The position numbers and the translations under genes were made by a program. Shown piece after piece: positions 27,180 to 37,919 of a DNA stretch of 64,000 nucleotides. Origin of the DNA: Amoebidium appalachense (lineage: Eukaryota > Protista > Ichthyosporea); contig CAVNZM010000015.1 of the NCBI GenBank assembly GCA_963693365.1, forward strand, positions 5,960,624 to 6,024,623, in the 5' to 3' direction. The notes beneath the pieces were generated by a model. It was not told the origin of the DNA. It did not search any database and saw only the letters and a program-made list of their open reading frames with translations. Every line of letters starts with the position of its first letter. Position 1 is the first letter of the stretch.

Positions 27180-27325
27180 CAGGGCCCCGGGGGGTTAGAG
27201 TAGGGCAGCTGGGCCCAAGTGAGGGTTGGCAGGGAGGGCAGCGGGGCCCTGTGCAGGGGAATGTGCCCGAGCACGCGGGGGTGTGGGCGGACACAGAGGT
27301 AGAAGAAGGGGGGGGGGAGGGAGTG
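25455..27325 (-). CDS. RT-RNase H of Ngaro copy 3 (one apparent frameshift in a G-run near 26898)
   Basis: ORFs 25455-27107 and 26806-27294 together give the same protein as 5-1657; YVDD present. Confidence 0.88.
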
Positions 27326-27575
27326 CTAGGTGAGTGTAAGGGGGGGGGGGGAGGCTCGTGGGATGGGGGGGGGGGAGTAAAATTATGTGCAGGGGCCAGA
27401 ATAAACGTCTTTGTGTAGGGACATTTATTCTTGACGCGCGCGGGCGCCGTAGTTGGCCTGCGAAATTTTGTACTCAGCCCTATTGGCCCGTTCTCCCGAG
27501 CTCCGTTTCCCTGTACTCGTGTGTCCTAGCTCCTAACCCCTATGTTCTAGCTGTGTGTGTGGGTGTGCGCGTAGA

Positions 27576-28745
27576 CTAGGCATTGTGCTTGCAGTCTTTG
27601 CGGGGGTGTGTGCCAGAGCAGAGCGGGCACACGTGGGAGAAGGGGCAGGGCTGCTTAGCGCAGGACCGACCGTTAATGTGGAAATTCCTGCAGTGCGTCG
27701 CGGGTAGATCCACGGGTCGGGCCGGTTTGGCCGGGCCGGGTTGCGGGCCAGGGCGGTTAGGGGTGTGACCCCCGCCGGGCTTGTGGGGCGGCTTAAAGCC
27801 GTCAAGACCACAGCCGGGCTTGGGGTACATGGGGCAGGCCGCGCTGGGGTGGTCGGGGAAGCCACAGCGCTGACATGCGTCCTGGATGAGCAGGGTGGGT
27901 GGCAGGAGGAGATCCTGGTGGAGTTGGGCGAGCAGGTTGGGGCACTCGATCGGAGCCCGACCCTGCTGGTGGGCCACGGTGCGGGCGTATACGTCATAGT
28001 TGTGGATCTGGGCCCACGGGTATCGGGTGCTGAGGCGAGTGATGTGCTGAGTCCAAAGTACGTCTTTGTCCGTGGGAAGGCCGAGGTGGTGCTTGGCGGC
28101 CATGTAATGGGTCCAAGCTTGGATCCAAATGACGAGTGAACGCAGGGGAACGGGTTTGTCTTGGCGAAAAGTCTCGATGCTGCCGTCGTCGGCCATGCGC
28201 AGATGCTGACCTTTCTTGGATGGGGCCAGGAGGGCGGCGGGGGTGAACTTATACAGGTCGACGAAACGATTGGCGCGCAAATCTGCCAGCACATCCGCGG
28301 GGGGAAGCGGGAGTGTGCCCGGCTGAATGTCGCCAGTGTTCTCACCTGTGATGGGGGGCGCGGGCAGGGCAGGCAGGTCAAGGTCAGGGCCGAGATGCAG
28401 CCCCGGGGAAACCTCCCCGGGTGTGGAGGGCGCGGCGGGGGGCGCGGGAGGGTCGCGGTTGGTGAGAGCAGCCAGGACGCCAGCCATCTGGGTGCTGATG
28501 GCGGTGAGGGCGGCCAGGACGGCGTCTTGAGAAGTCATCTGCGGGGACGGCGGGGCCTGAGGGGGGACTTCAGGGGTGGAGGGGAGAGTAGCCGGCGGGT
28601 CCGGGTCCGTGGTGGTATGGGCCGCTGGAGGCGCGTCAGTGTCCGCGGGAGCGTTGGTCAGCCTGTGGCGGAGGTCGCTGCGGGTCAGGCGCTTAGGTGC
28701 CGCGGCAGGGGCGGCGGCTGAGGCCTGGCGCTTTTTCGGCGGCAT
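27576..28745 (-). CDS. Ngaro gag-like protein, 389 aa
   Basis: Basic MPPKKRQ start, Pro/Ala-rich N-terminus, CX2CX4HX4C knuckle (CQRCGFPDHPSAAC), C-terminal CCCH finger plus CPLCSGTHPRKDC. Confidence 0.9.
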   Translation of the reverse strand: MPPKKRQASAAAPAAAPKRLTRSDLRHRLTNAPADTDAPPAAHTTTDPDPPATLPSTPEVPPQAPPSPQMTSQDAVLAALTAISTQMAGVLAALTNRDPPAPPAAPSTPGEVSPGLHLGPDLDLPALPAPPITGENTGDIQPGTLPLPPADVLADLRANRFVDLYKFTPAALLAPSKKGQHLRMADDGSIETFRQDKPVPLRSLVIWIQAWTHYMAAKHHLGLPTDKDVLWTQHITRLSTRYPWAQIHNYDVYARTVAHQQGRAPIECPNLLAQLHQDLLLPPTLLIQDACQRCGFPDHPSAACPMYPKPGCGLDGFKPPHKPGGGHTPNRPGPQPGPAKPARPVDLPATHCRNFHINGRSCAKQPCPFSHVCPLCSGTHPRKDCKHNA

Positions 28746-29134
28746 GCTGACCGGCGTAGGGAAAGATAGGGAGAATGAAAAGGAGTGAAAAGGAATATAT
28801 AGCTGTAAGGCTGTGGATGCTAAACACAGAAGATGTGTTTGTAGCTTGCTGATCTGCTAAAAACTGTCGTGCTTATATACCTAAGCCTACCGATCTGAAC
28901 CAATCAAAAATCGATCTAGTGATATGTGAAATCTGATCCGAGCCAATCATAACTCGGTCTAGTGATCTGTGGTATCTGATGTTTTGACTGGCTAATAGGT
29001 GCCCGTGTGCGGGCAGCCAACCGCTAACTGCTAAAACACGAAATGAAGCCTACATGGTTATGTTGGTATCGAACACCCATCCTACGTGTTTACCCAGAAA
29101 AATATTTATGTCAATAATTTCCACAAATAAAACC

Positions 29135-32100
29135 TAGCTGAGAAGTTCTTCAATGAACTCACCACCAGAGACGACCTCACCCCTGAGTTCAACCGTCTTA
29201 TCGAAGACTATCACTTCGGTGATAAGCTATTCCCCGACTTCGAGTCCCTCCACAACCACGTCAAGGGCATCGAGTTACGTCAAGACCTCAAGATGCAACT
29301 CCGGAGCAACCGTGCCCACCGTGCCTCCAAGTCCAGCATGGCATTAAATGCCAGTGCTCCCCCCCGTGATCTTCCTCGCCGTGACTTACGCAACCGACTT
29401 GACCGTACCCCTGGCACGGACCTCCGAACTCGTCTCTCCCGTCAGCACACCCGATCCCGTTCCCCCCACCGGCCTGCCTTCCGGTCCACGTCTCGTTCCC
29501 CCAGTCGTTCCCGTTTCTCGGGTTCCCGTCGTTCTGATTCCCCGGCTCGTTCTAACACCCCGTCCGTGAAAGCATGCTCCTACTGCCACGAGCCTGATCA
29601 CACGATCATCGATTGCCCTGAGCCGAAATGCCGTATGTCCAGACACAACCGTTCCCGTCAAGGCAGTGAGAAATCTGTCTCCTTTGCTTTCTCGGCATAC
29701 AATGCTAGCTCCGTCCCCGTGTCCTCCGACCCTGCCTGGGATTCCGGGTGTAACATGACTGTCTGCCCCACCCGTGAGTTCTTCCATGACCTCACTCCCC
29801 TTCCGACACCGACTCCCGTTGCTGCCTTCAATGGCACCCCCGTCTTGGCCACCCACACCGGCCATATCGTCATCAACACCACCACCGACCATGGCACTGC
29901 CACCCTTACCATTGAAGCCTACTACACCCCGTCTGGCCAAGCCTTCCTCATTTCAACATCCCAAGCTGCTGCCGAATACATCAAGGGTGATTTGAATGAT
30001 GCCTCCACTCCGTCATTCCTCTTCGACCGACTCACCGGCCGTCATCTCGTCAACCTCCGTCTCCACAACGGTCTGTATTACTTCAAGGACTACACCATTC
30101 AACCACCCACTCGTCCTGTGGCTCTGGCTGCCACTACCAGTGTTAACCCATCCATCTGGCACCATCGTCTGGGGCACCGTGCTATGACCAGCATCAAGGA
30201 CATGGTGAAACACGACCTTGTTATTGGTCTCCCCTCGTCTGTCCTCGACTGTGATGTTCCTGATTGTCATGGCTGCATTATGGGTAAAACCACCAAGGCT
30301 CCGTTCAAGGGTGACCGTCCTCACTCCAACATCCCCGGTCATGAATGGCATTGGGATTTTTTTGAGCCTACCACAACATCGTACGGAGGTTCCAAGGTTG
30401 CTCTCGTCACTGTCTGCCGTGCCTCTGGACTCGTCAAGATCTACCCGATGGCCGACCGTACAACCACCCTGGACATTCTCACAGCTCACACCAACCTCGT
30501 TGCTACCCATGCCCCCTCCAAAGTTGGTGTCTACCACTTCGACTCCGGCTCTGAGTTCACCTCCAAGGCTACCCGTGCTTTTTGCCTCTCCCAGGGCATC
30601 AAGGCCAGCTATGCTCCGGTGGACTGCCCTCAACTGAATGGCTACGTTGAACGTCGTATGCGGTTCCTACAAGAGATTGTTTGTTGCCTCCTCCATCAAG
30701 TCCAAGATCAGTCTCTGTCCCCCAAACTGTGGGCTTAAGCCCTCCAACATGCCGCCTACATCATCAACGTCACCCCGTCCACGACTGCCAATGGTCGTAC
30801 ACCATTCGAGGTTTTCTACGGTGTCAAGCCCGACATCTCCGAGCTCAAAGTGTTCGGTTGCCCTGCCTACACTCATGTGCCAGCCTCTAAACGGACCAAG
30901 CTGGCCCCACCGTCAAACTCGGCATGTATATCGGCTATGATCTTCAATCACACTGCCACCGGATCTTCAACCCCACCACCCATCGTGTCGGCCTCTTCGG
31001 TGATGTGATTTTCGACGAATCAGCCTATCTCCCGTCCGACATTCCCTCAACACTTCCGACCCCCGACACTACTGCTACCTCGACCACCCCACCCCCCACA
31101 GTTGACACTGAAGATGATGTTTGTCTGGTGTACTCTGGCCCCCCTCCTGCCATCGTCGTTCCCCCGACACCCCCCCCCCACCGGCGCCCCTGCCCCCGTG
31201 CCCGTCCAGCCTGCCGACCCTCATCCTGCCCCTGGCAACGTCACACCCATCCGACCCGGCTCCCCCGACAACTTCCACTCGGCCCCGTCCAGCCCGGAGG
31301 TTGCCCCCCCTGCAATTCCGAACTTCCAAGTTCCCCCCCCCCCCGTCTCCACCTCCCCCGGTTCCTGCACCCCGTCGTTCTGCCCGTCTACAGGGCAAGG
31401 TTGGACTTCAAGCCACCACCACCCTGCCAGTCCCCCCCGGTCCCCCCATCAACATCGACCAACTACCCAAACTTGTCCGTCAACTGTGTTCCGGCCCCAA
31501 TGGTGACCAGGTCAAGTCAGCCCTCACTGCTGAGTATCAAGCCTACGTTGACAAAGACATCTTTGAACTTGTTGACCCTCCCCCTGGTGCTAACATCGTC
31601 GGCTTCAAGTGGATTGTCTCCGAGAAAACTCTCAACTCGGCTGGTGACACCAAGATCAAGGCCCGTGGTGTTGCTCAAGGCTTCAGTCAGCAATACGGTG
31701 TTGACTATGAGTTGATTGAGAGCCCTGTCATCCGTCCGGCTGCTCTCTGTGCTATCCTAGCTCTGGCCGTTGTTGAAGGTCATGACATCCATCAACTCGA
31801 CGTGTCTACGGCCTTTCTCAACAGCCCACTCACCGAGACCATCTACATGAAACAACCCCCGGGATTCATCACCATGGCCACACTTGGCAAGGTCTGGAGA
31901 CTCAAGAAAGCCCTGTACGGCCTCAAGCAGGCCTCCAAGGCTTGGTACGACTTCCTCGACGGCATTCTTCTTGCCCATGGCCTGACCCGTACTAAGACAG
32001 ACCCGTGCATCTACCTCCGGTTCTTCCCCAACAACGATGTGGTTCGGGCTGGTAACTACGTCGACGACTCCACCATCACCAACACCCGGGGTTCTACTGC

Positions 32101-33021
32101 TGCCAGTGACCTGGCTGCCCACATCAGCAAGATGGCCAGCTGTCGTATGAGTCCATTTGACCGTATGCTCGGTGTTGATTTTAATCACTCTGATCCCCAT
32201 CACCTCCACATGCACCAGAGGTCTTACATCATGGATATCATCCACGACTTCAACCTCACCGATGCCAAGTCCAAGTCTACCCCCATCCCTGCAGGCACCA
32301 CCGTCTCCCTGGCTGACTGCCCCCCCCAACCGTTCACCGTGCCCTACCGTGAGTTACTCGGCCGTCTCCTCTGGGTGGCCCGGTGCACACGTCCCGACAT
32401 TGCCTATGCCATCGGCTTCCTTGGTCGGTTCAGCACCAACCCCGGCAAGACTCACTGGGACCTTCTCCGTCGTGTGGCCCGGTACCTGCTCGGCACCAAG
32501 TTGACCTTGGCATTGACTACAAGTACTCGGCCACCCAGCCCCCCATACTCGAATGCTACACGGATGCTGACTTTGCTGGTTGTGCCGACAGCAAGAAGTC
32601 TACCACCGGCTACATCATCGAGTTTGCTGGTATGCCCATCATCTGGTACTCCAAGCTCCAGCCCATAACGGCCACCAGCACCACTGAAGCTGAGCTGATT
32701 GCTCTCAATGCTGGCACCCAAGAAGTTGCTTGGGTCCGTGACCTCTTCAAGGAACTCGGCTGCCCCATGCTTGCTCCGACTCCGGTGTACTGTGACAACC
32801 AGTCGACCATTGCCATCGTCAACTCCACCGGCATCAAGCACCGTACCAAACACATTGCCGTCCGGTATCACAACACCAAGGACTACATTGCAAGTGGGGA
32901 TGTGGTTGTCCACTACGTTGAGTCAGCCCACAACTTAGCTGACATCCTCACCAAACCCCTCCCCGGCCCGAGTCATGTCACCCATCGTGCTCGACTTTGT
33001 TTACCGGATATTGTGGATTGA
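29135..33021 (+). pseudogene. Copia gag-pol (stop at 30736 and several frameshifts); N-terminal gag part lies at ~23300-23680
   Basis: CSYCHEPDHTIIDC knuckle, DSGC protease, WHHRLGH...CHGC, integrase WDF/FDSGSEF/VERR, RT QLDVSTAFLN/ALYGLKQA/YVDD, RNase H YTDADFAG/ADILTKPL. Confidence 0.93.
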
Positions 33022-34581
33022 CCCGTCCTACTTCAAGAGTGATTTTCTAATGTTTACTACTTACTTTATCATAATCATTATTTCATATGTATATTGACTT
33101 TGTGGGTATGCCCACTTAGGGTTTTTATATAAGGTTTGACCTGTACCATGACTCTACTCTATCTTTCACTGGTTTAAAACCCAGTTAATCAAACCCCGAC
33201 TATACACGTTATACATATTCGTTGTTTTTGCCCCGGTTCCTTCCCCCCCCCCCCCCCCCCCCTCCCCCCCCTCCCCCCCTCCCCTCGCCCCCTTCCCCCC
33301 CCCCCCCCTTCCCCCCCCCCCCCCCCCCCCCCTCCCCCCCCCCCTTCTCCCCCCCCCCCCCTCCCCCCCCCCCCCCCCCCCGGGAAAAGTACACACTTTA
33401 ATTTTTTTTCCGTTTCTGTTCTCAAGTGGGGAGATTTCACTAGTTCAGTGGGGATATGATAACACAAACTTCAAAGTCTTAAGTGGGGATGTTGTAATAC
33501 GTAGTATTTACATATGGTAAGATCTTCTCAGTTTGTGTTATGTTTCAGTTCATATGCTTAGTGTAAATGCCACACTCCTATTATGTAAAGTGTAGCATCG
33601 ATCTCCGATATGCTTGTATACTTGTAATCGTGTTGTATCGGCTTTAATCGTGTGTTGTAATATCGATTAGAATATTTATATGTGTGTACACGGATCCACC
33701 CACTCAGGGAGAGACGTGTACATGTTCGTGTGTACATAAATATCTCTGGTTATAGTTATGCTATTACTATCTTGTTTGGTGATCTGTGCTCTCTTTTCCT
33801 TCCTCTTTCTCCTTCCTTCTTTTCTTTCCTTTCTCTCCTTGTCTTCATGTTTATAATCGTATTTCTTTTCTACTAATATATGTTAGGTAGATTTGTGTTA
33901 CTTAATACGTGTTCATTGGACGGTAACACACTTAGGCTACACTTAGAATAGCATGTGTGTTTAGACTTCATTAATTTACTTTAGTTTTCATGTGTTGCCG
34001 GGCTTTAACCAATCATCAAGGTTAAGTGTGATATGTCTGAGTCTTTGCAGTATGTCATAGGTTAGAACTTCCTTGATGATGACACGAGTTGACCTTAACT
34101 AGTGTCTATGTCCTATCGTGTACGTCTCCGCGTACCGGATCTCTCTGAAAGCAATTGGTTCTTAGTGATTGGTTTCTATTAGAGATAGATCTGATTTCCG
34201 ACTGGTCGGAAATCATGTATGGATTGGACTTAGAGGAATTTCAGGTATTTATTCGAAGATCAGAATAAATTCAGTTCAGTCGTGTCTAAACATTGATGTC
34301 TGTTGTGTACACTGCTCCGATCGTTCCGTGTTTTGTTGTTGTGTGTGTCTGTGGTGTTTTTACACTGCACCACTGTGTCTCTGCTTTCATCCCAAATACT
34401 TATATGATTTAACACCCACCCTCCCTCCCCCCTCCCCCCTCCCTCCCTCCCTCCCAACCATCCCTCCCTCCCTCCCTCCGTCCCTCCCTCCGTCCCTCCC
34501 TCCCCCCTCCCTCCCTCCCTCCCAACCATCCCTCCCTCCCTCCCCCCGTCCCTCCGTCCCTCCGTCCCTCCCTCCCTCCTT

Positions 34582-34622
<41 letters not shown>

Positions 34623-34699
34623 CACACACACACATGCACATGCACATGCACATGCACCCGTTGTAGCATAGAACCCCCCTTGTAGCATAGTATATGTAC

Positions 34700-35434
34700 T
34701 GTAAACATGGTTGTGTATATTGTCGGACAGACTACGGGAGTCGCGCCCTGTAGTTAGTCGTGCTTACTGACCAATCAAAATGGTTGGTCGGGAAGCAGCG
34801 GCGTTGTCCCACAATCGCACGGCGAACTGTCCCCTATAAAAGGCGGCAGTATCAGCCAGATCCAATCAGTCCTGGACTCGAATCGATGAGTGCCGAGGAT
34901 AAGATCCCATCTCAAGATTGATCAGATCCCATACTGTAAAAGCAATCTGCGCTGCCGCTATGATACACAACCAAATTTACATTGGCGACCGCGGCAGGAC
35001 CCAAGGGGGCTGTTGGTCGGAGGGCCACGCCTGTATAACTTTGGGTGGAGCCGTTCGCGGGCTGCTACGACCTTGCCGGTGGGGTGTAGCGCGCGACTCC
35101 CCAACGGGAGGGGAGATGTAAACATGGTTGTGTATATTGTCGGACAGACTACGGGAGTCGCGCCCTGTAGTTAGTCGTGCTTACTGACCAATCAAAATGG
35201 TTGGTCGGGAAGCAGCGGCGTTGTCCCACAATCGCACGGCGAACTGTCCCCTATAAAAGGCGGCAGTATCAGCCAGATCCAATCAGTTGGGAACATGCCT
35301 GGACTCGAATCGATGAGTGCCGAGGATAAGATCCCATCTCAAGATTGATCAAATCCCATACTGTAAAAGCAATCTGCTTAAAAGGGTTTAGGGTTCAATC
35401 TGCGCTGCCGCTATGATACACAACCAAATTTACA
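34700..35434 (+). mobile_element. TRIM-like miniature LTR element
   Basis: LTRs 34700-34981 and 35117-35434 (TGTAAA...TTTACA), PBS tggcgaccgcggcaggac at 34983-35000, PPT gggaggggaga, 4-bp TSD GTAC, TATA-like ctataaaa in the LTR. Confidence 0.92.
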
Positions 35435-35438
35435 GTAC

Positions 35439-36410
35439 ATATGTTACCTAGACATTATTGGGTTTTCAATAACTACCCACAGAACAGCCTCTAGCACGAG
35501 AAATTTACCACAAAGTTTATGGGGGGGATGGTAAATGTGCCCCTGGAGTACGAGGGTCACACGAAAAAAGCACAACGTTGTAGCTCGTATAGAACCCCCC
35601 TTGTAGCATAGTATATGTCCATGTGTTACCTCAGTAGACATTTATGGTTTTTTCAATAACTACCAACAGAACAGCCTCTAGCACGAGAATTTTACCACAA
35701 AGTTTATGGGGGGGATGGTAAATGTGCCCCTGGAGTACGAGGGTCACACGAAAAAAACACAACGTTGTAGCTCGAATAGAACCCCCCTTGTAGCATAGTA
35801 TATGTACATGTGTTGCTTACACATTAAGTTGGTTTTTTCAATAACTACCCACAGAACAGCTTCTAGCACGAGAAATTTACCACACAGTTTATGGGGGGGA
35901 TGGGGAATGTGCCCCTGGAGTACGAGGGTCACACAAAAAAAAACACAACGTTGTAGCTCGTATAGAACCCCCCTTGTAGCATAGAATATGTACATATGTT
36001 ACCTAGACATTATTGGTTTTTTCAATAACTACCCACAGAACAGCTTCTAGCACGAGAAAGTTACCACACAGTTTATGGGGGGGATGGGGAATGTGCCCCT
36101 GGAGTGCGAGGGTCACACGAAAAAAACACAACGTTGTAGCTCGTATAGAACCCCCCTTGTAGCATAGTATATGTACATATGTTACTTGCACATTATTGGT
36201 TTTTTCAATAACTACCCACAGAACAGCTTCTGGCACGAGAAATTTACCACAAAGTTTATGGGGGGGATGGTGAGTGTGCCTCTGGAGTACGAGGGTCACC
36301 CGAAAAAAACACAACATTGTAGCCCGGATTGAAACCCCCTTTGTACCATATACATCATATATCATGCAGCATGTGTTACTTTCGCGTTATTGGTTTCCTA
36401 GCACGAGATA
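35439..36410 (-). repeat. Same 183-bp satellite in inverted orientation, ~5 units, with a further stub at 34660-34699
   Basis: Reverse complement of the 10935-12590 units. Confidence 0.93.
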
Positions 36411-37606
36411 TTCAGCACACAGTTGGGGTTGTGGGGGCAGTGTACACCTACAATATCAGGGGTACCGCGTGGCAAAAACACCCCCCCAGGGGGGGGGGGG
36501 GGTCACGCGTGCGATGGTGCACTAGTTATTACGTCAACTAGGCAGGGTATAGCATGAACGTTATTATATGTGCTGCTGAGTTTCTTTGGTTGTACACCCG
36601 TCACCAGTCAATTTGTTGGTGTTGGCGCCCACCTATGACACCACCTCGGAAGACTGGGTCACGTGGAGGACACGTAACTATAGTCTGATAGTTGTGACTA
36701 AGGGCACCGCTAAGGGCACCAAGCTGATGCACGCGCGCGCGCGAGCCGAAATCTATTTTTATCTTTTCCCTAATCAGGCGCGGCGGTTACTAAACCGAAC
36801 TATAGCAAATAGCAAATAGTGATTGGCTAAACCCAATCCGGTTTGCAATTTTTTGTCCGTTTAAGCCTGTACGCACGTTGTTTGCTCCATTTCTTTTCCC
36901 CCTTCCCGCAGGTCCGCAGTTCCGCAGGTCCCTTCCCGCAGGTCGCCTGGTCGCAGTTCCCTTCCCGCAGATCGCCTGGTCACAGGTCCCCTCCGCAGGT
37001 CGCGCAGCCACCGTGCTGAATGGTTTCGACCATGCTGCATGCTGAAGCATCTTCGCCTAACGGCTGAAAGGCCGTTTGAAGGTTAGTTTTGTGTTGCCTG
37101 CTTTTGTGCATATGGCGTTTGTCTGTCTGGTCTGTGTCCGTGCCTGTGATTATATCTGTGTCTGTGTCTGTGTCTGTGTGCGTGTGTGTGTATGTGTGTG
37201 TGTGTGCGTGCGTGTGCGTGTGATCTGCTGGCTGCAGATGCACGTTGCCTTTTCACGTTCATGAACCAGCGACTGTGGGCACTACTTTTCCTGTTAGCAC
37301 TATAGCTATCATCCCCTCCACCAGTCGTTCAAGCTATTTTCTGCTTCTCTAGACTTCATAAGTTTGTGCTTTTGTCTTTCAGCACAACGTACGCGTGTTT
37401 CACATGTTAGCATTTAGTGTTATTCATTCATTCTAACCCCCCCCAACCCCCCCCCCCCAAACACACACACACACTCACTCACTCACTTCCCCACCCACAC
37501 ATACAAAAAAACACACACACACCAAAAGCCCCTCCCATCCCCCCCCCTCCCCCCCCTCCCCCCCCTTCCAAAAAACTATCAAATGCCTCCATGCCCACCA
37601 ACACAG

Positions 37607-37888
37607 ATGTTCCAGGTTTCCCCTGTCAATGCCGCCGACCCCGACAAGTTGGCAGACCAGGTTAGGTGCCGCAAGAAGACGTGGGAGGGGTGGTTGGTGG
37701 AGGTTCAAGTTGAGTGCAACAACCATCCCTGTGGCCGCATGTACAGCGTCGATCCGGTGAGGGGCAACCCATGGGGCAACCCCGCCCTTCACCGCATCAT
37801 GTGCATGCCCCCCATCAACGGCTCCTACATCAAGAACCGCCTCAGCAGCTTCAAGACACTAAACGTTTGTGCCCATCCCCCCCCCCCC

Positions 37889-37919
<31 letters not shown>

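Larger units (their letters stand above)
23679..29135 (-). mobile_element. Ngaro copy 3, full length (~5.45 kb), nested in copia gag
   Basis: Split direct repeats: A1 28787-29134, gag, RT/RH, YR, B1 24250-24338, A2 23901-24248, spacer, B2 23681-23769. No methyltransferase domain seen and no conventional TSD. Confidence 0.95.
22604..34414 (+). mobile_element. Ty1/copia LTR retrotransposon with 5-bp TSD CCCAC
   Basis: 5' LTR 22604-23206 (degenerate) and 3' LTR 33490-34414 (TGTT...AACA). Purine-rich aagtgggga precedes the 3' LTR. cccac at 22599-22603 and 34415-34419. Domain order PR-IN-RT-RH. Confidence 0.93.
21565..37365 (-). repeat. Right arm of the large inverted repeat, interrupted by copia (plus nested Ngaro) and a TRIM
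   Basis: Collinear reverse-complement blocks of 9385-14745 once the insertions are removed. Confidence 0.8.

Noticed and set aside
29386-32913. Antisense ORFs over copia (and over Ngaro RT)
   Set aside because: Expected shadow ORFs of GC-rich coding sequence, with no motifs.
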